DNA of 41,641 nt from Asterionella formosa (Eukaryota), in the NCBI GenBank assembly GCA_002256025.1, contig NKIB01014660.1, positions 1 to 41,641 of the forward strand. Direction: 5' to 3'. The notes under the pieces are model-generated. The model saw nothing but the letters and a program-made list of their open reading frames with translations, was not told where the DNA came from and did not search any database. A program made the translations under genes and the position numbers. Below, piece by piece: positions 1-9,533 of this stretch (position 1 is its first letter; every line of letters starts with the position of its first letter).

Positions 1-2
1 GA

Positions 3-3000
3 TTATGTCAGGACCCACTTCCGTAGGTCTAAGAGTTCAAGCCACGGAATGCTGCCGAATCCTTTTCTGGTATACCAGTCGGCAAAGTCATCGAAGCTGA
101 GCTCTTCTTCTGACTTGCCATTGGCGAAACACGCCTTGAATGCTTGATTTGCTGCCCATTCAGAACCAGCCTTTGCGGCCTTGGCAATAGTATCAACGGA
201 TGTATCAACTGGCTTGCCTGACATCAACAGGAAATTATCCTCGCAGTCGGCTTCGAGGTATGAGCAAGTGGATACACAGAGCAAAACAGAAAGAAATGAT
301 CGCAAATAGTTCGTCATTTCTTCACGAGAAAGTTTACCGTCTCGATTCTCATCAAGCACGTCAAACGCGAATTCAAGCTTATCACTTTTCTTTCCATCGC
401 AAATGACGGTGAATCCACAAGCGACTTCAATGGCGCTTGGGGCACCATTCTTTCTGCGATCGAAGATTGAAAACAACGAGGAAAACAGCTCCGAAAGAAT
501 TCTTTGCGATTCTCCTCTGAGATCATGAGTCGAATTGGATTTAGCTAGAATACTCACGATAGCAGAGTCGAAGTCGTCTCGCGTCAACACGAGCTTCCCG
601 TGTACTCTCGACGCCTTGTTGAGGATTTTCCGGCAGGCGCCTTCAGCGTCCATCATGTGCAAACCGCTGTCAGTTAACACTTTTCGAAGGTGGCGCACAC
701 GTTTCTGACTGACAGAAAGCATGTAACCGCCGTGTTTCTCCTGTGTGACAAGATGAAACTTGAGCGAATTACTTGCACGTCCGTGAGATTGCAAACGTGG
801 GTTGGGAGAAGTTGGATGCATGAAGTTACCGTCATTTTCTTTGTCGTGCGACGGTTGCGCCATTAAGAGAAGATCCATTTCATCGATACTGTCCATGGGC
901 ATAAGAGCATTATCGTCGTCACCAAAGAAAGATGGATCTACTGAGTCCTCAGGTGGAGGGGGTGGACAGTAATGGTGATATCCATCACGAGGTGTATGGT
1001 CAGCACTTGATGTAAGGACCGTTGGCCCTTGACGACTTTGGATTTTGCTGCTGTCGACCAGAACCCACTTCTTCAAATCGAGCAACTCCAGCCAAGGTGC
1101 AGTTTCAAAGCCACCTTCGTTGTACCATTCCCCAAAATCGTCGAAATCAACTCGATCTCGTTTCCTTGTGTGCCATTGGTACTCCATGACGTCCTCTGCA
1201 ACCATGTGAGAGGTATCAGAGATATACCGACTTACTGCTTCGGCGCTAAGATCAAGACTCTGCCGACAACAAGAGAACATTACAATCAGGAACGACCGAA
1301 GAAATAGGAAGAGCTCCTCGCCATTCAGGGATGCATGCAAGGATTTGGTGATTCCTTTGGTGCTTTCGCGCCCATCAAATAAGCCGAACGAGAATGCCAG
1401 CTTTGTACTTTTCTTTCCCCCACAAAGCAGAGACAAGCCTCCCATAAGCTGGTTCAAAGCAACGCGATCGACTTGGTCGAGATCAAAGCTTTGAAAGAAG
1501 TTGGCTATTGTTTCAGTGATTGACGCCCCAGAATGCTTGATAGTTCCAGACGGCAAACGCTTGTTTTGTGTTGTACCCGCAATGACAATTTCTTCCATAC
1601 AACGAACAAAAGTAGCTTGGTTGACGTCCATGCTCTTTCCGCCCTTGAGACCACGGTGCCAAGGATGAGTAGGTGGCGGAGGCATGGCTTTAACACTCTT
1701 GAAAAGGGAATCCCACATTTCATTTGGATTTATCGAAAGCAATCCCAATTTTTCGACGACAGAACGGACGTATGTGGCATCTTCTCGTAGAACAACAAGT
1801 GACCGGCCTTTGGCCAGGGGAAAAGTGAACAAAATATCACCAGAAACTGGGCCAAATGGATTTCGTTTTTGCGACGACGTCACTTCACCGCGTCCCCTTG
1901 GTGCACTTACTTGGAACCTGCTCAGATTCTCGATAGGATCATCAAGAAGTGCCAGCAGCTTACTCAAATCAAGAAGTTCCAACCACGGGGCAACATTGTA
2001 GCCACCCTCGGTGTACCATTGAGCAAATGTTTCAAAAGTAAAAGTGTTGCTATTGTCACTGCCACTCGACTTCTTAAAGTGCCCTAGTGTCCACTTGGCC
2101 CCGTTTTCCACCGCACTCTCCATACCCTTTTGCATTGTTGACGATGTTTTCTCAGGTGTAGAGGAAAGCACTGAGATACCAACAAGCATCGTTAGGTACG
2201 AGCGAATGTATTTCGAGAGCTGCCCTTGCTGAATCAGGCCATCCCGGGTCTTATCCAGCAAATCGAACCCAGATGCAAGCTTGACACTCTTACTCCCAGC
2301 GCAAAGGACCGAGAATCCAACCGCAAGTTCTTTCGCGTCTACCGTGCTTTTCCCGAACTTAATTTTTTCGTAGCAACCAAATATTGTCATAAAATAGTTC
2401 GAAAACTGCTCCATTTCTTCCCGTGAGAAGTTGGTTGAAGTCTCAACAGGGACAAGTTGTCTGATGCACCTTCCGAAATCATTCTTTTCGAGAATAGTGA
2501 ACTCTTTCCCTCCAATGTAGCATTTCGTCGCCTGTCCCAACAAAATATCAATTATTTCGTCAGGAGACCGGGAAATCAAGCCTGTTCGGTACACAAGACT
2601 TTTCAAAGTAACCAAATTCTTCTCTGTGATATTGATACACAGAGGAGTGGCTTGGCTTTTTCCCCCATCTGCAACAGTCCCAGTAAAGTCAAACGATACC
2701 AATGTTCGACTCAATGCATCGTCGCCTCGGCTATCAACAAAAAAATTGACAGGTGATAGTTCGGAAAGTTGAGGGAAATTTGAATCCGAAATCCCCTGTG
2801 TGGCTAGATTTGTCGTAAGCTCGGGTGCAGGCATGGTTGTGATGTCCCATTTCGCCAAATCCATTAATTCCAACCATGGGACGACCATAAAACCTTTACT
2901 GTTGTACCAATCCCCAAATGTTTCAAAAGATATAAGCGGGTTTTCTTTTCCTTGTTGCTTCTCCTTGGCAAATTGAATAAGCTTTTCTGATGCAAATGAA

Positions 3001-3902
3001 GCAATTTCGTCGATTTCACGAAGTGTGTCAGGTGGTAAACTGACCAAACTTGCAATACTGGTATCCATTGCAGAATCAAAGGACGGAGAAGATCTTGGAA
3101 TCTCCAAGTTATCATATCCTTCGCTATTTTCTTCTGATTTGTAAGTCTGAGAAGGTGACTTTGGTGATGCTTCCTTCGTCTGCTTGTGCGCCTTCGCTGG
3201 TGGCCCTGGTTGATCCTTAACAACTTTCGATGCTGATTTAGCTTGTTCTTTCGACTGAATGCAAGATGAAATTGCAGTGAGAAAGCATCTAAATAAAGTT
3301 ATTGCACCGTCTTGATCAATCCCCGAAGATACATTTGACTTGGAATCGTAGCTGTCAATTTTCACACCAGCACAGTGTTCAGTTCCAATAGGGTTCTGGT
3401 CACAGGCCTCCTCCTTGGACGAGCAGCTTGAACGCTCCCGTGCCAATTTGCTCAACAATTCAAAAGCTGCACTTAGTTTGTCGCTTTTATCCATATCCAG
3501 AAAGAGAAGTAGGCTGGTTTGTATGACATGAGCCTTTCTAGAACGTTCCTTAACTGTCGAAATGAAAGACCCAATCAAAGCATCTTCACAACTCATTGCT
3601 GCTTCCACAACCAACTCATGGAAAGGCCTGCTACCCTCTGATAGCTTACAATCACCCTTAGTGATAACTGTCGCATCATCGCTTGTTGAGATAACATCAA
3701 TGGGGGCAGAATCAGGTTCCTCCGTTTTGACCTCATTGTCGGCAGGTGCTGCTGAATGTTTGAAGTGGTCCGCTCGCTCATTTTGCAGAATTCGCAAGCG
3801 CTTGTTCAGCGCTCTACTAGATTCCATCATGCGTTGGGCATCGTAGCGGCTGATAGCAAGCGTCATAGAGGGCAACGGCGATTCAGATCGATCTTCCATC
3901 AT
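3..3902 (-). CDS. Large multi-EF-hand repeat protein (1299 aa)
   Basis: Uninterrupted ORF with TAA at 3-5. EF-hand-like loops (DENRDGKLSREE, DKTRDGLIQQGQ, DLDQVDRVALNQ, DRRKNGAPSAIE) lie around recoverin/CBL-like GxKSxKLxFxF motifs. There are four copies of FxxFxxWYxxxG[FY]xxxPWLEL[LM]DLxK. Confidence 0.8.
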   Translation of the reverse strand: MMEDRSESPLPSMTLAISRYDAQRMMESSRALNKRLRILQNERADHFKHSAAPADNEVKTEEPDSAPIDVISTSDDATVITKGDCKLSEGSRPFHELVVEAAMSCEDALIGSFISTVKERSRKAHVIQTSLLLFLDMDKSDKLSAAFELLSKLARERSSCSSKEEACDQNPIGTEHCAGVKIDSYDSKSNVSSGIDQDGAITLFRCFLTAISSCIQSKEQAKSASKVVKDQPGPPAKAHKQTKEASPKSPSQTYKSEENSEGYDNLEIPRSSPSFDSAMDTSIASLVSLPPDTLREIDEIASFASEKLIQFAKEKQQGKENPLISFETFGDWYNSKGFMVVPWLELMDLAKWDITTMPAPELTTNLATQGISDSNFPQLSELSPVNFFVDSRGDDALSRTLVSFDFTGTVADGGKSQATPLCINITEKNLVTLKSLVYRTGLISRSPDEIIDILLGQATKCYIGGKEFTILEKNDFGRCIRQLVPVETSTNFSREEMEQFSNYFMTIFGCYEKIKFGKSTVDAKELAVGFSVLCAGSKSVKLASGFDLLDKTRDGLIQQGQLSKYIRSYLTMLVGISVLSSTPEKTSSTMQKGMESAVENGAKWTLGHFKKSSGSDNSNTFTFETFAQWYTEGGYNVAPWLELLDLSKLLALLDDPIENLSRFQVSAPRGRGEVTSSQKRNPFGPVSGDILFTFPLAKGRSLVVLREDATYVRSVVEKLGLLSINPNEMWDSLFKSVKAMPPPPTHPWHRGLKGGKSMDVNQATFVRCMEEIVIAGTTQNKRLPSGTIKHSGASITETIANFFQSFDLDQVDRVALNQLMGGLSLLCGGKKSTKLAFSFGLFDGRESTKGITKSLHASLNGEELFLFLRSFLIVMFSCCRQSLDLSAEAVSRYISDTSHMVAEDVMEYQWHTRKRDRVDFDDFGEWYNEGGFETAPWLELLDLKKWVLVDSSKIQSRQGPTVLTSSADHTPRDGYHHYCPPPPPEDSVDPSFFGDDDNALMPMDSIDEMDLLLMAQPSHDKENDGNFMHPTSPNPRLQSHGRASNSLKFHLVTQEKHGGYMLSVSQKRVRHLRKVLTDSGLHMMDAEGACRKILNKASRVHGKLVLTRDDFDSAIVSILAKSNSTHDLRGESQRILSELFSSLFSIFDRRKNGAPSAIEVACGFTVICDGKKSDKLEFAFDVLDENRDGKLSREEMTNYLRSFLSVLLCVSTCSYLEADCEDNFLLMSGKPVDTSVDTIAKAAKAGSEWAANQAFKACFANGKSEEELSFDDFADWYTRKGFGSIPWLELLDLRKWVLT

Positions 3903-4890
3903 GTTGTTTCAATCGGTATACTGGGATTCACGTAGAATGTACACGATAATTGATAGAGAGGACCCTGTTCTAAGGCAAAAGTTACTTTCAAGGCAACGAT
4001 CGCAAATCAAGAAACGTGAAAGTAAGCTATATCGAATGAAGACTGCTTATTCCCAATAAACGATCGTGGTAAGTGTCGAACAACAAGACTCGTCGCTGCC
4101 TTCGTCTTGACCCCAGATACAAAAAGAACAAACTGAGATTTTTGTGCTGTTTTTTATGATAACAGACACTGCTGTGTGGCGGATTCGTACATACATCTTG
4201 GGTTTTTGAATTGGTTTTTGTTGTTTGATCAGGCTAGGGTTAATTATGTAAAACTTACTTTCCTCCAGAGTGGCGAAATCTTTAACGAAATTCAAACCTT
4301 CTGCTTCTGCTTTATGTTGCATTACTGTATAACAGTAAATTTGACTTATTGGACTAAGAAAAAAGTGATTCGTCTTGGCTTGATAAATACCGGTAATGAG
4401 TCATGCATTCTTGGCTGAATTGAATCGTTTTGGTTGTTTTGTTTTTACTACCGCCCCATACCGGGGTACGTTCGTAGTATTCGCCGTTGATTATTTTGAC
4501 TGTCTTGAAAGTGTTGTTGAGTCCAGGTATCAGGGAGGTACCTGGTACCACCAGGTCAGCAAGTTGCGGTAAATATACTGATAGTCGTTACCCATGAAAT
4601 ATTTAGCAACGATCATACCTGTACCGTAGTCTAGTAGTGCATTCTTTCTCAATGAAATATGCTGGCCTGCTCAAAACCAATTACCAATGGTAAGACTGAC
4701 TGCCGGTAGGTACCGGTAGATTGCTGGAAACTTCTTTCCACACAGCAGAAGGTCGTTACTTGCGAATTAATCGCAAATCGTGATGTTAGCCATGAATGAA
4801 TACTTCCTATCCTTTGTATACCACGGAGAAATCTCACGAACAGACTGTGTAACAAGTAAAACACAGATGAATGAATTAGAAAATAAGAAG

Positions 4891-6630
4891 TTATCTATTC
4901 CACCACAGTTCAGATGCATCCAAGTCTCTTTCGTTATCGATCGTCTTCATGTAGATCTTACTGGCCCTTTCAAAGTTGTATGTCGCTTGCCGACTTGGTG
5001 GCAGTTGTTCAACTCCAACTTCCTCAAACCCTCGCTCAACGAACCACTCCATCGTCTGCGTCGACAAAACAAAGACTTTTGAACGTCCGGTCGACAAGCA
5101 AAGTCGTTCCAAGTACCCCAACATAGCATCACCACGACCTTGAGCGCGATACTCAGGTCGGACAACCAAACATCCAATCTCGGCAAAGCCATCTTCAAAC
5201 TTTTTGAGTTGCGCGCACGCCACGATCAAACTATCTCGCGTGTAAACAAAGTAGTCCTCGATGTCTTTTTCCAATACAGCCTTGGGGCGGTCGATGAGCG
5301 TCCCAAGCTTGATTAGGGGACTGATCAGATCATAAATGCCACCAACATCAATAACGTTTGCGCGGCGGACACCATCGTACAAGTCCCCAGAAATCATTGT
5401 TCCGCTTCCGTCCCTTGTGTAAAGCTCTTGCAGCAATGCCCCATGAGCCGGCGCAATAATGTGTGCTCGCTTGACCCCTTGCTCCAAGGCCATCATGGCC
5501 CATCCAATCTTTACTAGGGTACTCGTCACGATATGTTCTTCCGAGTATCCTGCAGGAAGTGTCACAAGACCCTTCTTATGAATCTGAATTTCCCTGTGAG
5601 CCAGCAAGTTCTTGGCATCACTTAATCTCAGGTTCTGTACGACAGATTTGAACTCTTTATTTCTTATTTCCACCTTGATATCTGTAAAGAAGATAATCTT
5701 ACTTGCCCCCATCGCGCCCGCCACTGTTGCAGCCAATGAATGAGAGTTGCAGTTAAAGACTTCTCCCGACGGGCTGACTCCCAACGTAGTGAGCAAACAG
5801 ATATCTCTCGCCGCATGTACTTGTCTGATCTTGTCAACCTCCACTCGTCGCACGAAGCCACTAAACTTGTAGTCCACTCCGTCCAAGACTCCAAAGGGCT
5901 GCGCCGAATAGAAATTGCCAGACACCACATTTCCCTCCGTGGCTCCGTGCATGCGCAGACTCCTCGCTAATTGTCGTTCGACTTCAAACCGCACATATCC
6001 CGCCTCTTCTTTGACGACTCTGAGAGCTTCTTCGTCCGTGATAATGACTCCCTTTTCTATTCTGCGGTTAGGCACACGCTTGTCAATCTGGTGTCGAGAT
6101 CCGACCACAATGACGATCTTCATGCCCAAGAGCCAAGTCAAGGAAATGTCATTCATGACATCGCGAAAGGTGTCATCCATCTCCAACAGCGATCCAGGAA
6201 TATGATACACGGCTAGAGTGTTGCGATGATTCGCAATGTAGTTGGCGGACCCCCGGAACATGTGGACAAATCCATCGGGCAAGTCTTCCTCGACACTTAA
6301 CGACTTGACGATTTCCAGTTGAGACGGATCAATGGCAAGAACATCCAGTGGCTGCTTCTCTGTGGCTCCGTTCGCGCCTTGTGCGAATTGGTCGCTCGTT
6401 TCATTGGAGGGCGCCACCGCGCTGGTCTGTTCGATGGGGTTGTCGGCAAAGGAGCGAAGAGCAACAATGGCGATTGGTCGGATACTTGCCGGCAGCCATG
6501 GACGACGAAGCAAGGACGTGGTAAAGGAGTGGGTCGCCCTGGAACACAACACGCACAGGAGCATGGCTTTCTTACTTCTGGTGATCATCGTCATGGAATG
6601 CGAGTACCTGAACAGGACGATGAACGCCAT
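4891..6630 (-). CDS. argA: N-acetylglutamate synthase (amino-acid acetyltransferase, ArgA type), probably plastid-targeted
   Basis: Amino-acid-kinase-like domain (FVHMFRGSANYIANHRN, GVLDGVDYKFSGFVRRV, GALLQELYTRDGSGTMI) followed by a GNAT domain (AEIGCLVVRPEYRAQGRGDAML, FVLSTQTMEWFVERGF). N-terminus is signal-like with THS-FTT. The true start may be a downstream Met. Confidence 0.92.
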   Translation of the reverse strand: MAFIVLFRYSHSMTMITRSKKAMLLCVLCSRATHSFTTSLLRRPWLPASIRPIAIVALRSFADNPIEQTSAVAPSNETSDQFAQGANGATEKQPLDVLAIDPSQLEIVKSLSVEEDLPDGFVHMFRGSANYIANHRNTLAVYHIPGSLLEMDDTFRDVMNDISLTWLLGMKIVIVVGSRHQIDKRVPNRRIEKGVIITDEEALRVVKEEAGYVRFEVERQLARSLRMHGATEGNVVSGNFYSAQPFGVLDGVDYKFSGFVRRVEVDKIRQVHAARDICLLTTLGVSPSGEVFNCNSHSLAATVAGAMGASKIIFFTDIKVEIRNKEFKSVVQNLRLSDAKNLLAHREIQIHKKGLVTLPAGYSEEHIVTSTLVKIGWAMMALEQGVKRAHIIAPAHGALLQELYTRDGSGTMISGDLYDGVRRANVIDVGGIYDLISPLIKLGTLIDRPKAVLEKDIEDYFVYTRDSLIVACAQLKKFEDGFAEIGCLVVRPEYRAQGRGDAMLGYLERLCLSTGRSKVFVLSTQTMEWFVERGFEEVGVEQLPPSRQATYNFERASKIYMKTIDNERDLDASELWWNR

Positions 6631-7424
6631 AGACTATTTGCGGAACAAAGTGCTGCTGCCAGGCAGATCGACCTACCCGGTACGCTAACGCTGAAACAGC
6701 CGTCGGCAATGAAACTGTAGCAGAACAAGGATACAATGGATGCTGTGGAAGGCAGGACAAGGTTGCACTGTGGAGTAGAATCGTGCAGCGAGGTCAAAGC
6801 TTGTTGTTATCATTGATTTTCCCGATCCAGCGTATCTCTACTGGTAGACTGCTTCTTTTTCATATGATAGAGGTGTTTATGTAATTATATTTACCGGTAT
6901 GAATACTTAAAATATATAGTATACAGTATACAGGTATCTACAGGGGGGAAATACAACGATTGGAATTTGTTCTCATCGTTCGCGCATCAAGCAGATGACC
7001 GCACTTTTTATGGTGAACAATAGCATGGAATAGTTGGAAAATGAACGGAACGTTATATGAAATATTTACTGACGACGAACAGGTAGACGAGAGGAATGAG
7101 TCTGTTCCTCAACTTCTGGCGACGATGCATTTACGGGGTTGCCCTCCGGGTATTGGGTAACAGGTGCAGTCAACGCATTTAATATGCTGTGGGCCTAGGA
7201 TATGTTCATACTACATACCGGTAGTAGTCTGCAGTTTCTTCCCGGCACATATTACCTAGTAAACTACCAGTACCGTACCAGGTACAGTCACGGAACAGAA
7301 AAGATACTACAGCATTTTACAGAGTGATATGCAAATGCAATATACGAGATGTAACGACCATTAGCAGCTTAGTGCTGATGGTACCAGGTAGACTACCAGG
7401 TTGCAGTCTTGTTCACTCCGCCCA

Positions 7425-8921
7425 CTACGAATAATTGCTAGATTTGCCATCCTTGGATATGGGCCGTCCATGAGAATCATAATGTCCTGGAATAGGATGG
7501 GGGCTGTCGGCGAACCTTTCTAAATGATCTGCCTTTGCTAAAATTTCCGCATTGCTCAGATTCCTCATATGTTCAAATTGCTGTCGAAGCATATTTGGTT
7601 CAGTAGTCCGCAAGATACGCGCTTGGTGCCTCATTAATTCACGCTCCTCCTCTTCTTTTCGGAACGTTTCAACTCGCAACGCAGCCACTTCCTGTCGATA
7701 TGACGCACTGTCCAATTCACGTTGACCCAACTCCCGCAATTGCAGCAACTCTTCTCGACTGCATGGTTCTCGAAAGTCGGGACTCTTTTTCATCCTGTCA
7801 TACATAGGTGATCCCAAAAAGCTCCAATAATCTGATGCGCATTTGGTATTCGTCGGCCTAATCGGCTGTGTCCCTCGTCCGGCACCAATGTGGTAAAAGG
7901 CAGCAGTACACTCCTTGTTACTCACATCACGGCAATTACCTAATTGAATGGCAGCATGACAGTGATGCAAACCAGCCTTGTATGCATAATTTGCCTCACT
8001 GTACCGATAATGAAACATGTCACCAGGTTCGCCCAATATGCGGCCGACTTTCATCATTAATTCTCGATTGTACAGACCGGCCCCATTGGTATGACTGCCC
8101 CAAAGGTACTTACTACGAAGTGCTTGGTCGGAACAAAAAATTTGGTAGTCCACATGGACCCATTCCTCTACATCGGTCTTTGGGTCCCCGGGCAATGCTC
8201 GAATGTCCACGTCTTTACTATCCCACAAATCTGCGTGCGGAAATTGCATAAATCCATAACTCTCTGGCCTCAAAAAGACTCCACTGACCTTGCGCAAATC
8301 AAACGACGTCATGTTAGTGTGTGTCAAGGCAATGGCAGTGGTAATGACCCGCTTCCTCGCCTCAGTTTGCTCTGTCACAATGTCGTCCAAGTACAACCAG
8401 TCTTCTTCCAGCAATAGAATGTAGGGCGCTTGACAGAGATTAAAAATAAGCAGATTCATGCCAAAGGCAAGCCCATTGTTTTGATCTAGAACCAGAGCAT
8501 GCTCGATTTGGTACGAGTCCGTAATTTCCTGGGTCTGTTCTGCCCCGCTTCCGTTATCAACCCAGGCGATTTCATATCGTAAATGGGAGGGTTCATCGTC
8601 TTCCATGTGCCGAATGGCGGCAGCAATGGTGTGATTGAGCAAATCCGTGCGACCGCAGCACGACAAAAATGCCAAGCAAATGTGAGGATCTTCAGCCGGG
8701 AACTGCTTGCGACGGAGGATGGGGTGTTCAGGAAAGGTGGTCTGCTTAGTCATGACCAAGGCACCTCGTGAAAAGGTAGACGTGTCGAATCCATCATCGT
8801 TGTCGATCACTGATGCATGTGTCAACGAACACAAGAAGGACAACAATATCAAGGCAACCTCCCATGAAGGAAATTTTCGTTTCTTCAAGGACAGGACTAA
8901 TAATAACAGGCTTTCCTTCAT
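7425..8921 (-). CDS. Secretory-pathway glycosyltransferase-like protein (GT-A fold, family 2-like)
   Basis: Hydrophobic N-terminus. GT2-like motifs AFLSCCGRTDLL, EIAWVDNGS, NNGLAFGMN and YILLLEEDW (DxD-equivalent). Confidence 0.65.
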   Translation of the reverse strand: MKESLLLLVLSLKKRKFPSWEVALILLSFLCSLTHASVIDNDDGFDTSTFSRGALVMTKQTTFPEHPILRRKQFPAEDPHICLAFLSCCGRTDLLNHTIAAAIRHMEDDEPSHLRYEIAWVDNGSGAEQTQEITDSYQIEHALVLDQNNGLAFGMNLLIFNLCQAPYILLLEEDWLYLDDIVTEQTEARKRVITTAIALTHTNMTSFDLRKVSGVFLRPESYGFMQFPHADLWDSKDVDIRALPGDPKTDVEEWVHVDYQIFCSDQALRSKYLWGSHTNGAGLYNRELMMKVGRILGEPGDMFHYRYSEANYAYKAGLHHCHAAIQLGNCRDVSNKECTAAFYHIGAGRGTQPIRPTNTKCASDYWSFLGSPMYDRMKKSPDFREPCSREELLQLRELGQRELDSASYRQEVAALRVETFRKEEEERELMRHQARILRTTEPNMLRQQFEHMRNLSNAEILAKADHLERFADSPHPIPGHYDSHGRPISKDGKSSNYS

Positions 8922-9533
8922 GGTGACTTTCGAGTTGTCTACGACTTCTGAAAAATCAAGTTGGAGTAACTATGGACTTTTCTTATGCTCCGGTACCTGT
9001 GTGGATACGGGATTACTACATACGATATGCAGTGGATACGGTAGTCATTGACCATGACTAATGGCATATATTTCTTATCTTTAGGTACCGGTACCAGGTA
9101 CTGGTACCAGGTACGATGATATTGCGACCGGTACCAGTACCATATTATTTTACGTTACCTGACACCGGTGCACCATACCACGTCGTACAGTTCACTACTT
9201 GGTACCAGGTACTGGTAATAATGCATGCAGGTATGTATTTTACATATATTCGTGTATGAATATACAGGTAAATGTATACCACAGCCATGTTGCCTGCCTG
9301 TTAATACAGATTTTGTTCTGCTAGGCGGCAGCACCATAATCTCCCAAGTGGCGGTGTCAAATTGAGAACAAATGAATCAAAATACCGGTACTGACATCCT
9401 CGACATACTCGTGATGGCCATGCCAGTACGTATGATGGATGTATTGCCACTAGATGATCCATAGCAGCATGTATAGCCACGTGCCTATGGGTGAGCCGTA
9501 TCTTTGGCAACCTCTCCCTCGTAGCAGTCATTG

